From assembly GCF_009834535.1 (NCBI RefSeq), contig NC_045705.1, positions 65,472,001-65,536,000 of the forward strand: a stretch of 64,000 nucleotides of DNA, read 5' to 3'. The notes beneath the pieces were generated by a model that did not search any database, had not been told where the DNA came from, and saw nothing but the letters and a program-made list of their open reading frames with translations. Position numbers and translations under genes: made by a program. This document shows, piece by piece, positions 15,601 to 28,511 of the stretch; positions within the stretch are counted from its first letter, which is position 1, and every line of letters begins with the position of its first letter. The stretch is from Camelus ferus. Taxonomy: Eukaryota.

Positions 15601-18600
15601 CCCGAATTCTATCTTCCTGCCCTTCACCTGCATCTCCCTCCCCGCAGGGAGGGCGGCTCAGGCGCCCCAGAGCAAGCAGAGTGCGTGGAGCTGCTGCTGG
15701 CCCTGGGTGAGCCTGCGGAGGAGCTGTGCGAGGAGTTCCTGGCACACGCGCGAGGGCGGCTGGAGGAGGAGCTGAGAAGCCTGGAGGCGGAGCTGGGACC
15801 CTCCCCTCCGGCCCCAGACGTGTTAGAGTTCACTGACCATGGCGGCAGCGGCTTCGTCGGTGGCCTCTGTCAGGTGGCGGCGGCCTACCAGGAGCTGTTT
15901 GCGGCCCAGGGCCCAGCAGGTGCCGAGAAACTGGCAGCCTTTGCCCGGGAGCTGGGCAGCCGCTACTTTGCGCTGGTGGAGTGGCGGCTGGCGCAGGAGC
16001 AAGGTGGCGGTGACAACTCCCTGCTGGTGCGGGCGCTGGACCGCTTCCACCGGCGCCTGCGGGCACCTGGGGCCCTGCTGGCCGCTGCCGGGCTGGCGGA
16101 GGCTGCCACAGAGATCGTGGAGCGAGTGGCCCGCGAACGCCTGGGCCACCACCTGCAGGGCCTTCAGGCAGCCTTCCTGGGCTGCCTGACTGATGTGCGG
16201 CAGGCGCTGGCCGCGCCTCGAATGGCTGGGAAGGAAGGCCCTGGCCTGGCTGAGTTGCTGGCCAACGTGGCCAGCTCCATCCTGAGCCACATTAAGGCCT
16301 CGCTGGCCTCTGTGCACCTCTTCACTGCCAAGGAGGTGTCTTTCTCCAACAAGCCCTACTTCCGGGTACGGCCTTTCCCTGTGCATTCTTTTTTTTTTCT
16401 TTTTCTGGGCATTCTTTTGTTCATCCTGCATGCAGGCTGGCAGCTACCAGGGCACACAGTCGTTGCCCAGGCACTCTGAAAGTGGTTTTAGTTTGTCTTG
16501 AGGAAGGCTGGCACAGCCTGGAGGGGTGGGGAAGGCTTGGATGAGGGCATCTGCAAGCAAGGTCCACAGTGCTGGCTTTGCCCCCCTGCACTCCCTCCCC
16601 ATGCAGGGGAGCTGATCTGGGGTACTGGAATGCAGGGTGAAGCTGTCCCTTGGAGAGGAGCCAGGGCATTTAGTGTCCCAGTAGAGGGTCACTAGCAGCC
16701 CCTGCCTGGAAAACGGGACCTGCTGTGTATCTGGGCCCCTCCTTCTCACAGGGTGAGTTCTGCAGCCAGGGCGTCCGGGAGGGCCTCATCGTGGGCTTCA
16801 TCCGCTCCATGTGCCAGACAGCTCAGAGCTTCTGTGACAGCCCTGGGGAGAAGGGGGGTGCCACGCCACCTGCCCTGCTCCTGCTGCTCTCCCGCCTCTG
16901 CCTGGACTACGAGACAGCCACCATCTCCTACATCCTCACCCTCACCGATGAACAGTTTCTGGTGCAGGTGAACTGCTAGCTCATAGCAGGGTAGGGGATG
17001 CTGATGCTAGGACTGCAGGAGGCTGGGCAGTACCCTTATGGTCAGGGCTGCCTGTGCCCAGCTTAGCCTCCCCCAGTACCCACTGCTTGTCTGTCCTCTG
17101 CATCCCTGGCTCAGGACCAGTCCCCAGTGACGCCTGTGAGCACACTGTGTGCGGAGGCCAGGGAGACGGCGCGGCGGCTGCTGACCCACTACGTGAAGGT
17201 GCAGGGCCTGGTTATATCACAGATGCTACGCAAGAGTGTGGAGACGCGGGACTGGCTCAGTACCCTGGAGCCTCGGAATGTGCGTGCTGTCATGAAGCGG
17301 GTGGTGGAGGACACGACAGCTATTGATGTGCAGGTGCTGTTCTGGGCTGGCCGGGGGAGCCCTGATGCAGGTGGGGTGCTGAGGAACAACCCTCTGAGGA
17401 TCAAGACAGCAGGGGTCAGGCAGTGCCCTCTTCCTCCTCAGCCGTGAATTGTGGCATTGTCACCCCCATTCCACCTAGGAGGAAGCTGAGGCCCAGAGTC
17501 ACCCAGGAAATCAGGGCAGGGTTGGCACTGAAGATTGGGCCCTAGTATCAACTCTTATGGCCCACCTTTGCCCTGCTCCACTGGTTCTGCAAATAGTGAC
17601 TGGGTACTGACTGGGTATAGGCCCGAACTACCCTGTGGCTCTTATAACATATGTAATTCTTGTAACAAGTGAGTGTGTAACTTAGGGCATCCGTGGTCCT
17701 TCCCTAGGGCGCCTGGTGGGCTGGATGTTCCCCATGCCCTGGCTTCATTGCAGCTCCTCCTTCCACCACCAGGTGGGGCTCCTATATGAGGAGGGTGTTC
17801 GGAAGGCTCAGAGCAGCGACTCTAGCAAGAGGACCTTCTCCGTTTACAGCAGCTCTCGGCAGCAGGGCCGCTATGCCCCCAGCTATACACCCAGGTCTGG
17901 CTGGTCAGGGTAGCCCCAGGTGGGATGGACAAAGGAGGATGGGCGTGCAGGGTGGGCTCTGATTGCTTGTCTCCCCCCATCCAGTGCCCCAATGGACACC
18001 AACCTCTTGAGCAACATCCAGAAGCTGTTCTCTGAACGTATTGATGTGTTCAGCCCTGTGGAATTCAATAAGGTCCGAAGTCCCTGGTGTCCCTACCTTC
18101 CCAGGTCCCCTTGGGAAGTTTGGCTGAAGCAGCCCCACATTGGCCTAGGGAGCCCTAGGTCTCTGTCCCCCAGTCTCTGTTTCTGAGGGCTGTTTCTAGG
18201 AGTGAGTGGTCATCCAGAGCCCCACCATCACCATCTCATAACCCTCTTCCCTGACCTTGGTGTGCTCCCAACCTGGGTGACAATCAAGTATGCCTATTTG
18301 GCCCTTGTCCTTGTCCCCACCATAGTTCTGGGTCTTCCCTAGGGATTTCTATTCACAGTGTGCTCTCTGCCCCCACCCAGCCCACACTCAGGGACTTGGT
18401 GCTAAGTTAGTAAACATTCCCCCTCCCCATGTCAGTGCTGACCCCCATCTCTGCCTCTGATTGCTAGGCCCTCTCTGTCTGCTCGGCCCTCCCTGTCTGC
18501 TCCCCTCCAGATGATTGTGCCAACATTGTATATTTTCTCCCTCTTAACTTGGGTCCTGAGATTTTCTACCCCATCACAGCTACTGGCATCTTATTGTCTT

Positions 18601-18962
18601 CCTGGCCCTGGCCCAGAACGTGGGTTCCCTTTCTCAGGGGTCCAGAACCCCTCCCCAACACCTGCTGGTGGGGATCTGCATCACTGTTTCCCTGCCTGCA
18701 GGTGTCAGTACTGACAGGCATCATCAAAATCAGCCTGAAGACGCTGCTGGAGTGTGTGCGGCTGCGCACCTTTGGGCGCTTTGGCCTGCAGCAGGTACAG
18801 GTGGACTGTCACTTCCTGCAGCTCTACCTGTGGCGCTTCGTGGCTGATGAAGAGCTTGTGCACCTGCTGTTGGATGAAGTGGTGGCCTCAGCTGCCCTTC
18901 GCTGCCCGGACCCAGTGCCCATGGAACCCAGTGTCGTCGAGGTCATCTGTGAGCGAGGCTAG
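9616..18962 (+). CDS. VPS51: VPS51 subunit of the GARP/EARP tethering complexes, about 781 aa
   Basis: Exons 9616-9840, 10329-about 10458 (mostly in N block; starts LRRE), 15093-15239, 15322-15541, 15648-16365, 16752-16967, 17115-17333, 17773-17894, 17985-18072 and 18702-18962 (...VVEVICERG*). Phases close if exon 2 is 130 nt. AATAAA at 19065-19070. Confidence 0.96.
10904..11350 (-). pseudogene. RPL35A: Processed pseudogene of ribosomal protein L35a (eL33) in VPS51 intron 2
   Basis: Intronless copy with ATG at 11287 ([25 protein letters not shown]...). Premature TGA at 11021-11023 (codon 89); the frame continues [21 protein letters not shown] to the native stop at 10955. AATAAA at 10934-10939, A-tail at about 10904-10919, pyrimidine-rich 5' end near 11350. 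Confidence 0.95.
12833..12990 (+). mobile_element. MER58-like DNA transposon remnant
   Basis: CAGGGGTGG...AGTAAATATTTTAGGCTTTGTGGACCAT...GGCTGTATTCCAGCAAAATTCATTTAC has the same family signature as 8385-8630. Confidence 0.6.
13010..14620 (+). mobile_element. Old L1M 5'UTR/ORF1 remnant in VPS51 intron 2
   Basis: A-rich strand; 14505-14610 translates [27 protein letters not shown], similar to L1 ORF1p (EEIMAENFPNL...IQEAQRTP). Boundaries are approximate. Confidence 0.7.
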
Positions 18963-19099
18963 GCCCAGTCCCAGCCATACACGGGCTGGCCCCGTCGCCC
19001 CAACCCTCCCGACCCCTGGTCTCCCTCCCCGGGGGCCCTTCCTTTCTGGCCTCCAGACTTGCCTAATAAAGACGTGTTGTCTCCTGCTCCCTGTCGCTT

Positions 19100-19250
19100 G
19101 TAGGGCGGGACTTGCGGCCGTGGGGTGGAGCTGTGAGCCTGAGACTGCAGAGACTACCCAGGCGGCTGGCGCTCGCGTTGGTCTCTCCCCGAGAGCCGAT
19201 TGGCTGACCTGCTGGGCCCAGAATGGGCTGGGGGCGGGTCCATTTAAAGA
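19100..19250 (+). promoter_or_regulatory. TM7SF2 promoter: GC boxes, SRE-like element, inverted CCAAT, TATA-like box
   Basis: GGGCGGG at 19103-19109; GTGGGGTGGA at 19120-19129 (reverse-strand SRE-like); ATTGG at 19199-19203; GGGGCGGG at 19231-19238; TTTAAA at 19243-19248. This is typical SREBP/NF-Y/Sp1 architecture for a sterol gene. Confidence 0.65.
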
Positions 19251-19419
19251 CCTGGGGACAAAAGCGGTCGCTGTATCAGCTCGGTGTCGAGACAGGTGCA
19301 AGCCCAGCAGGGCATGATCCTCCGTGTTACCGAGCCATTCTCCTGGGGAAATGGGGTGGGCTGTGTTTCCTTGACGGATTTTTGTGATCCCCCACCCTCC
19401 CCACGGCGGAGCGAAGACA

Positions 19420-22400
19420 ATGGCACCTCTTCAGGGCTCCCGGGCCCCGACGGAATTCGGAGGACCCCTGGGTAATGGGGCAGATAAAGGGGGACTTGCG
19501 GCCAGAGGCTTGGCGAGGGAGAACTGGAGGGGTGAGCTACGAGTGAGGATGGGGGCAGGATCTGAGGATGAAAGGCTTTGAAAGGTATCCAGAGGCAGAG
19601 GGATTTAGGGGTTTGGGGAGGAGAGTCTGGAGAAGGGGCTGAGGAGGAACCAGTTTTGGGGGATTCAGAGCAGGGGATTTGTGGATTGGAAGACTGGGCG
19701 GACTAAGGGGAGCAGGAGCAGAGTCTTCGAGAGTACCTGGGGGCGGTGACCAAGACAGAAATCAGAGAAGGGGGCTGAAGGCTGAGAACGGGATATGGAA
19801 GACGGTGATGGGGCCCTGTATAAGACCGGGCGTCTGTGGGGGTCCGGGAGAGTTGGAGAGCGGACGTCCCACGCGATCGGTCCCCTTCCCCAGGCGCTGC
19901 GGCTCTGATGCTGCTGCTCCCTGCCACCATGTTCCACCTGCTACTGGTAGCCCGCTCGGGCTCGGCGCGCCTCCTGGGCCCACCCCCCTACCTGCCGGGA
20001 CTCGAGGCGCTGTGGAGCCCGTGGGCGCTGTTGCTGTGTCTTACCTGGCTCGGCCTGCAGGCGGCGCTCTACCTTTTGCCGGCGCGCAAGGTGGGGACTA
20101 TGCTCGCTGACACGCGGGGGAGGCTGGGGGAGGCGGGCGGAGGGAGGGTGTTCCGCGAGCCTGAAGGTACCCTCGACCCTTACCAGAGCTCCGTTGTGCC
20201 CACAGGTGGCCGAGGGGCAAGAATTGAAGGACAAGAGTCGACTGCGCTACCCCATTAACGGTGCCTGGGGGCTGGTTCCTTGCGCTGGAGTTGGGTGGAT
20301 GGGGGTGGAGCCCCAGGCCTGATGGGGGGGGGGGGTCCACGGAGACCCCAAGCTCTATTTTGCGCCTCTTTTCCGCCCAGGACAGATATAGGGGATTCCG
20401 CTGGCTCTCTCCACACCCCGCGTCCCTCCTCCCCTCCTACAGCATTTGCTGCTACTCTGCACCGAAGTGGCTGGGGTGACCCTCTGAAAGCCAAAGTGTC
20501 AGCCTAATGGCTTGGGGCAAAGTCTGCGACCTCCCTGGGGTGGAGGGGCATAATTTCCAGTACTCACTGTGTGCTGCGGTTCAGGTTTCCAGGCCTTGGT
20601 GCTGACAGCCTTGTTGCTCGGCCTGGGGATGTCAGCCGGGCTGCCCCTGGGAGCGCTCTCAGAAATGCTCCTGCCCTTGGCATTTGCGGCCACCCTCATC
20701 GCCTTCATCTTCAGCCTCCTTCTCTATCTGAAGTCTCTGGTAGTCCCTGCTTTTGCCCTGGCACCAGGGGGAAACTCAGGTGAGAGGAGTCCCAGTACGG
20801 TGTGGATAGAAGCAGATGGGGCTGTTTGCTTTCACCTTCACCCTCCATTATTCTCCAGGAAATCCCATCTACGACTTTTTCCTGGGACGGGAGCTCAACC
20901 CACGCATCTGTTCCTTTGACTTCAAATACTTCTGCGAACTGCGGCCCGGCCTCATCGGCTGGGTATGCTGAGCACAGCTAAATGGGCCTCCAGCCAGGAG
21001 GAGGGGTGGGATGGGTGAGCACTGCCTGGGCAGGGCAGGGCAGGGCCGATATTGTGCAGATGTAAATCATTAATCATTCATTCCACAAATCTTTGTTGAG
21101 TCCGCCATGTGCCCTAAGCTTTACTCTAGGTACTGGGAAACAAACAAAAAAATTAAAGGAAAGAAAGAAACAGATCTCTGTCTTCATGAAGCCTACATTC
21201 TAGTGTGAAAGACAGACCAAAAATAAATAAACATCCCGGGTCAGGGGATGCTAAATGCTATGGAGAAGAACAAAACTGGAAGTCAGGAAAGCAGGCGCAA
21301 TGTTAACTAAAGCAGTCAAGCACAAGATCTATTTCAAGATGAGAAAGTGATCCTCTGCTGCCTGCTGGTCACAGCGGTGCAGAACTTCAAATTGATCACT
21401 GGGTTTAGCAACTTATCCATCACTGATGGCCTTGACAACATGCCAACTGTGGGTTTTGGTTATAATCACCTGTACTGGACTGTCGTCAAGATTTCCTGAA
21501 GGGTGTCCTGGGCCAGGTCCCTGTCACCCTGGAAATGACCTCATCCAGAGTCAGGAGAGCTGAGTGCCCATCATGGCACTGAATCCTGGCCTTTGAGGCT
21601 ATTTCCTCATGTGTGACATGGGCTAAAGTAAGAGCTTCCTCCCCAGGTTATTGTGAGGATCAGAAGTGATAACCTTAATGACAGCACTGAGCCCAGTGCT
21701 GGCAGAATGGGGGTGCTCAGCACAGGCTGGCTGCCAGCTCATCGTGATCGAGCACTTACTATGTGCCAAACACGAGCTTAGTGCTTCACACACACTGTTG
21801 GTGAGTCCTAAGTCCCATGAGGCAGGTCCATGATTATGTCCATTTTCCACATGGAGGTGGGGAGAGTAGGCTTTAGAGAGGGTAAGCAACTTGCCCAGGT
21901 GGCGAAGCTGAGATTCAAAACCAGGTCTGTTTTAACTCTCAAGCCTGAAAGCATCCAGCTGCTCCCTGTGTTGCTCTCCCAAAGGGAACACTACAGGACA
22001 AGGCAAGAGAGGACAGGCGGGGAGCGCCTCAGGAGGCGATCCATTGAGCCACTCAACAAAGGGTTGGAGAGCTAGTGATGGACAGCTGAGAGAAGGGGGA
22101 GAGGCTGGCCGCTGCCCCATCCAGGTGCTTCCACCTCTGTGGGGACAGGCTGGGGATAGACTACTCTGTCTCACCCTCCACCTAACCCCCAGGTCCTCAT
22201 CAACTTGGCCTTGATGATGCAGGAAGCAGAACTTCGGGGGAGTCCTTCGCTGGCCATGTGGCTGGTCAATGGCTTCCAGCTACTATATGTGGGTGATGCC
22301 CTTTGGCATGAGGTGAGGCTGGACTGGGCAAGGGAGGCAGGGGTGGGTGCCTGAGGATCTCATGGAGACTAAGCCAGTGTGTCTGGGTCCTGTCCCTGCA

Positions 22401-23498
22401 GGAGGCTGTCCTCACCACCATGGACATCATACGTGACGGGTTTGGCTTCATGCTGGCCTTTGGGGACCTGGCCTGGGTACCCTTCACCTATAGCCTGCAG
22501 GCCCAGTTCCTGCTGTACCACCCACAGCCGCTCGGGTTGCCCATGGCCTTAGTCATCTGCCTCATCAATGGTCAGTCAGGATGGGGTTCATTCACTCAAT
22601 GTTCAGCACCCACTCGGTAGATGCTAAGCCTCAGATGCTTCTTCAAAGCCAGGGGCTGGGTCCTGGGTCCCCAGGCCTACTGAGTCCGGGCTGTGGGTAG
22701 ATGGTCAGGGTCAGATAGAAGGTCCCTAACCACCTGCTCACACTTTCCCCCAGCTGTAGGTTACTACATCTTCCGTGGAGCCAATTCCCAGAAAAACACC
22801 TTCCGAAAGAATCCTTCTGATCCCAGAGTGGCTGGTGAGCTGGCTTTCCAGGGTGCTGTGAGATGGGGCAGCTGACTTCGGGGGGGGGGGTCCCCCATCC
22901 CACTCTCTCTCTTTCCCTAGACCTTGAGACCATCTCTACAGCCACAGGGCGACAGCTGCTGGTGTCCGGGTGGTGGGGTATGGTCCGTCATCCCAACTAC
23001 CTTGGAGACCTCATCATGGCTCTGGCCTGGTCCTTGCCCTGCGGTGAGTGGCCTGGGTGGGCACAGGGCAGGAGCTACAAGGGGCAGCAGCTGAGTGGCG
23101 AGCACAGGATGCCCAGTCTGGGTATGGAATGGAGAACAGGGAGGCATCCCAGTGGAGAGAGTAGTAAGGGAACTAGGGATGGAGTTAGGGTGTGGCTGGG
23201 ACAGACCTCATTGCCAGCACCCCCTGTAGACCTTAGACCTTTCACCATTGAGCCCTGATGCCCCTGTGCGCCATTAGCTGTGGAAACCCTTGTGAACTGG
23301 GGGCTGGCTGAGTGATCGGAAACCCCTTTCCCCACAGGGGTGTCCCACTTGTTGCCCTACTTCTACCTCCTCTACTTCACTGCGCTGCTGGTGCACCGTG
23401 AGGCCCGAGACGAACAGCAGTGTCTGCAGAAGTATGGCCTGGCCTGGCACGAATACTGCCGGCGTGTGCCTTACCGAATTATGCCCTACATCTACTGA
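19420..23498 (+). CDS. TM7SF2: Delta(14)-sterol reductase (DHCR14), 418 aa
   Basis: Exons 19420-19471, 19894-20090, 20206-20260, 20585-20779, 20859-20962, 22193-22312, 22402-22570, 22754-22834, 22921-23043 and 23338-23498; total 1257 nt. ERG4/ERG24-family motifs [20 protein letters not shown] and RHPNYLGD. Confidence 0.96.
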
Positions 23499-23915
23499 AG
23501 CTGCTCCACGAAGCCCAGGTCGGGGCACGCACCCACCCGTCGGCCAGCACACCCAGCATCAAGAGCCTGGACACACCCGGGGCTCAAGGGCCTACACCCT
23601 ATCCTGCCCCGAGCTCCAACAGGCAGGGATGAGCAGCCTCAGGCAGTTGTTGGAACAAGGGGAAAATGAAGCCTGTGCCTCAAAATGGAGTGGAGGGGCT
23701 GCTCTTTCTCCTTGGATAAATGTCTGGAACCCTTGGGGTTGCTTCTCTCCCTTTCTGGGGCCAGGCTGTCAGCCCCGATCAGGTAGAAGCTGAGAGGTGG
23801 TTTGCTCTGAGGACCCACCAAGAGTCTAGGGGTGGGTGAACCAGCTGTCATTCAGAAACGGGCACTGGCGACAGGACAGACCAGTCACACCTTTATTACT
23901 GACAAGGTCTCCAGT

Positions 23916-25116
23916 TCAGCCGGGGAGTTCCTCAATGAGAGTCCTCCGGGCAGGTGGCAGGGGGCCTCCCCAAAGCTGCTCCAGCTCCCCAGTGAGGGCT
24001 GCCACTTCCTCGGCTGCCACAGTATGTGCTCGGTGGGCCCTGGCGCAGTCTAGAGCCAGGGGTGTGAGGGCTACCTCATTTTCGTTGGTCCAAGCCAGCA
24101 GGAACTGGCACTTCTTTCGGGCCCGGTAGAGGCGTTCTCGCTCTTCGGTGGCCACGGCTTGTTTTCGGGCCCGGCCCAGGGTCCGCGCCAGGTCCCCCAG
24201 TGCTGCTAGCGTGTAGCCTTTCTGGTTGGCCGGGCCCTCACCCAGTAGGATGCGGGCGGCCTCGCACATGGCACCCCGTGTGCCCAAGGGCCCAGGTGGA
24301 TGCTCGCCTGCTTCTAGAACGTGGACTGCGGCCTGCAGGGCTTCCTCAACAGTGGTGAAGACTTGCTGAGCGCCTAGGGCTCCAGAAACGCCAAGCAGCG
24401 TGGCACAGAAGTCGGAGAGCAGCGCCTCGTCGCCGCCATGATACAGGGCAAGAGTGTGTGCATAGGCGAACAGCACGTTGGGTAGCTGGAAGCGCACGAG
24501 CGGCGATGCCCGGCCACCGCTCAGGCTGGCCAGCGTGGGGATCCGGGTGGGCACGGCGGGGGCGATGGGCCCAAAGACGTCTCTGAGAACCAGCTTGGCC
24601 GCCCCGGGCTCATCCTTTACGGGTTCCGGCGGCGTCCTCGCGGAGTCGGGCTCCAGCTCCTCAGCGTCAGGGCCCGGGGTATCACCCAGCTCCTCCAGAA
24701 GCCGCGGCTGAGCCCCGCAACGCCACCACCATGGCCGCCACGGAGGCAGCAGCCGTCCGGCCTCCCCTCGGCTCAGCAGCCGCTCGAAGGCCGCCTTCTC
24801 GGCCGGCGCGAGCCGCTCCCAGAGTCCTGAGAGGGCGCCCGGGCACCGGGCTAGGCCTGAGGCCCGCGTCTTCGGGGTCGTCCTCGGTCTCGCGTTGTTG
24901 ACGCAGCCGGCGTAGGGCGCTGGCCAGGCGGCTGGGCGAGGCGCTGCGGCCACGCAGCTCTCCCAGCACCTGGTCACGGTAGAAGTCTTCTGCGCAGGTG
25001 CCATGAGCCCGGTAGCAGCGCAGCGAGCAGTAGGGCACATTACAGCGAGGACAGGTGTAGCGTGCTGGCTGGGTCTCCCCCGCCGGGCAGAATCCACACG
25101 GCCCGGCCGGCTCCAT
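23916..25116 (-). CDS. ZNHIT2: Zinc finger HIT domain protein 2, single exon, with an apparent +1 frameshift near 24833-24860
   Basis: ATG at 25116 (MEPAGPCGFCPAGETQPARYTCPRCNVPYCSLRCY, a HIT zinc finger) is in one frame. LSGLWERLAP...RTLIEELPG* (TGA 23916-23918) is in another. ATG to stop is 1201 nt (3n+1). Minus-strand AATAAA at 23892-23897. Confidence 0.93.
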
Positions 25117-25139
25117 GGCAACTGGCGCCGAACGCCGCA

Positions 25140-25400
25140 CACCCTCCGCGAACGCACACCCGCCGTAAGTCCGACACTTCCGGCGCTTCTTGGCTATTTC
25201 CGCCTCTTTGGGGCCTACCTAGCGCTTAGTCAACGCTCTCCGAAGACTCTCGGCACTTTCCGCCCGTACTCGGACGCCAAGCCCCGCCCTTCTCGAGCCT
25301 CCCTTGGGCAGGCGCAGGAGCCGGTGGTGACGTACTTGCTAGGTCCTGGGCTCAGGCGGAGCCCCGCCCCGCGCGGTGCGAGACCTAGGAAAAGTGAGTT
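25140..25400 (-). promoter_or_regulatory. ZNHIT2 CpG-island promoter with ETS motif
   Basis: CACTTCCGG at 25175-25183 (CCGGAAGTG on the minus strand), with further TTTCCG motifs and a GC box near 25364-25372. Confidence 0.55.
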
Positions 25401-27419
25401 GCCGTCCGTCCAGCTCGCCCTCTAGTGGCTGCCTTTTTCGCACTATAAAGTATTGTGGCGGAAATCAATCATTGTAAAGCACCTACTCTGGGCCACTAAC
25501 TGAGCCAAGCCCAAATGAGAGAAGGCATCCCTGCGCTGGAGTGGCAGCAATTTGACCAGGGGACACAAAGGGAAGAGTGGAAGGAAGGCCGAGTGGGGTA
25601 CCTAACCTACACTGGGTGTGTGTTGGCATTTCCCCTTTTCAGAAGAAAGCAAAATTCACAAATCCGAGTTCCTGCTTGATTTCCCCACCCAACTTTAAAG
25701 TTCAAATGCTACACTAGGCACCGAAAATACACTGAAAAGCAGAGATGGGGAATCTGTCCTAACAGAGCTTCCAGTCTGGTAGAGTGGAGGTGATGATCCA
25801 CCCACAAACTGTGCCAAACGCTGTGAAGCCTTGATCCATGGCTTGTAAGATATGGCTCGTTGGTTCCTTACCTCATTCATATCCAGTCCCACCTCTCTGG
25901 TCAGTTCTGCCTTCAAAATACCTTGTCTTTATCTCAATGTGGATCACATATTCCCTACCAAGACGTGGATGGATTTGATGAATCTGCTCATTTTCGCATC
26001 CCCTCCATCAGTAATGGTCTGAACTATTTGTTCCTCACCTTAACTGGTTTCCTAGTTTTCTTGCCAGCCCTCCAGGAGTCAGCCAGAGAAAATATTAGGT
26101 CATACGTTAGATCACATCAGGTCCTGCTTAAAACCCTTCCTGGAACTTGGTGACCCTACATTGCACTTGGACTCCAACTTCCCTCCATGTCTGACAAGAC
26201 CCTGTAGGATCTGCCACATACCTTTGCATACAGTCCTCTTGGCTGGAACTCTTTCACCATCTCACCACTTGATGGGCTCCTGTTTCATCCCGTCTTCAGA
26301 GACCTTCCCTAGGATACTCTGAGTATCACTCTCCATCCCCACCCCCTTTCATTGCAGCACCCTGCTTACTTCAAGGCTATAGCACTTGTAAATATTTAGT
26401 TAACTTGCTTTCCCCACAAGAATCTAAACTCATAAAAGGGATAGGGGCGAGTATCTTTCAGGAAAGATCACTACAGAAGACAAAAATAGCCAATATATTT
26501 GTGCACTTTCTATATGGCAGGTGCTGATCTAAGCACTTTATATCCTTTAATCCTCACAGCAACTCTCAAGAGATGATAGCAGATTAGTTAGCTCAAGGTC
26601 AGACAGCCAGTAAATAAATGGGAGCAAGGATCCAAACTCAAGTCTGTTCAAGTCTAGAGCCCAAGGTCTTTACCCCATACTATGCTCTATTCCAAGAACC
26701 AGCAGTTTCAAAAACTTTAGCAAAATGAATGGGTATGCATGTGTTGCTAGGAGGGAACTTCAATCAGCTACAGAGAACTCCACTTCTGGGAACACTGAAA
26801 CAAGCAACTGACCAACCTCCCTGTGATTAGGTTAGCAAGGCCAGTCAGGCAATCAGAACAAGATCACTGCAGTACCAATGTAATCGGTCAATACCTTCTA
26901 AAGCTGTGGCAGACCAGATTCCTGGTCTGGACTCCACTAATGCCATAGCTGGTCCCAAGCTAAGGGAAATGGCCAAACTGGCTTTCCCTGATAGATCTTC
27001 TATCTACAGTCTCCTCCCCTTTAGTGCTGCCTCCATAAAACCTTTCCCACTACAATGACTCCTACTATTTTCTCTGTTTAAAAGAATAAGAATAAAAAGA
27101 AGAAATATTTGGAGGATAATTACCAAGTTATTTGGAATTGGAATTTTCCCCAACTCTACATCGGAAGAGCTGGCATCTGTGGTTACCAATTTGCACAAGA
27201 AGATCTTTGGTGTAGGTTACCACCTTTCCACCTCCTGCCCCCACACCCCTGCCAGGAGCCGCTGACTCTGGACACTGCCAAGAAACCAAACTGAGGCCTC
27301 ACTGTTCATACCACCAGCCCTAGAAGCCCTATCACTCCTGAGGTCCTGTAAATGAAGATGAAACAATGAGATGATTGGGCTAAGTGGCTTTATTAGAGAA
27401 AGCCAGGATTACAATGGAC

Positions 27420-28511
<1,092 letters not shown>

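Noticed and set aside
15002-16431. Long overlapping ORFs (15002-15775 +, 15823-16431 -) over VPS51
   Set aside because: Alternative-frame or antisense shadows of GC-rich exons, some running through introns.
24833-24846. Programmed +1 frameshifting at CCC-GGG in ZNHIT2
   Set aside because: A CCC-to-CCG slip is formally possible, but there is no stop codon or evident stall signal, and orthologs as I recall are uninterrupted. Error or variant is far simpler.
23916-25157. 413-aa ORF taken as the real ZNHIT2 with a novel N-terminus
   Set aside because: It starts at GTG and its first ~105 residues are the wrong frame of the zinc-finger region; it is continuous only because of the extra base.
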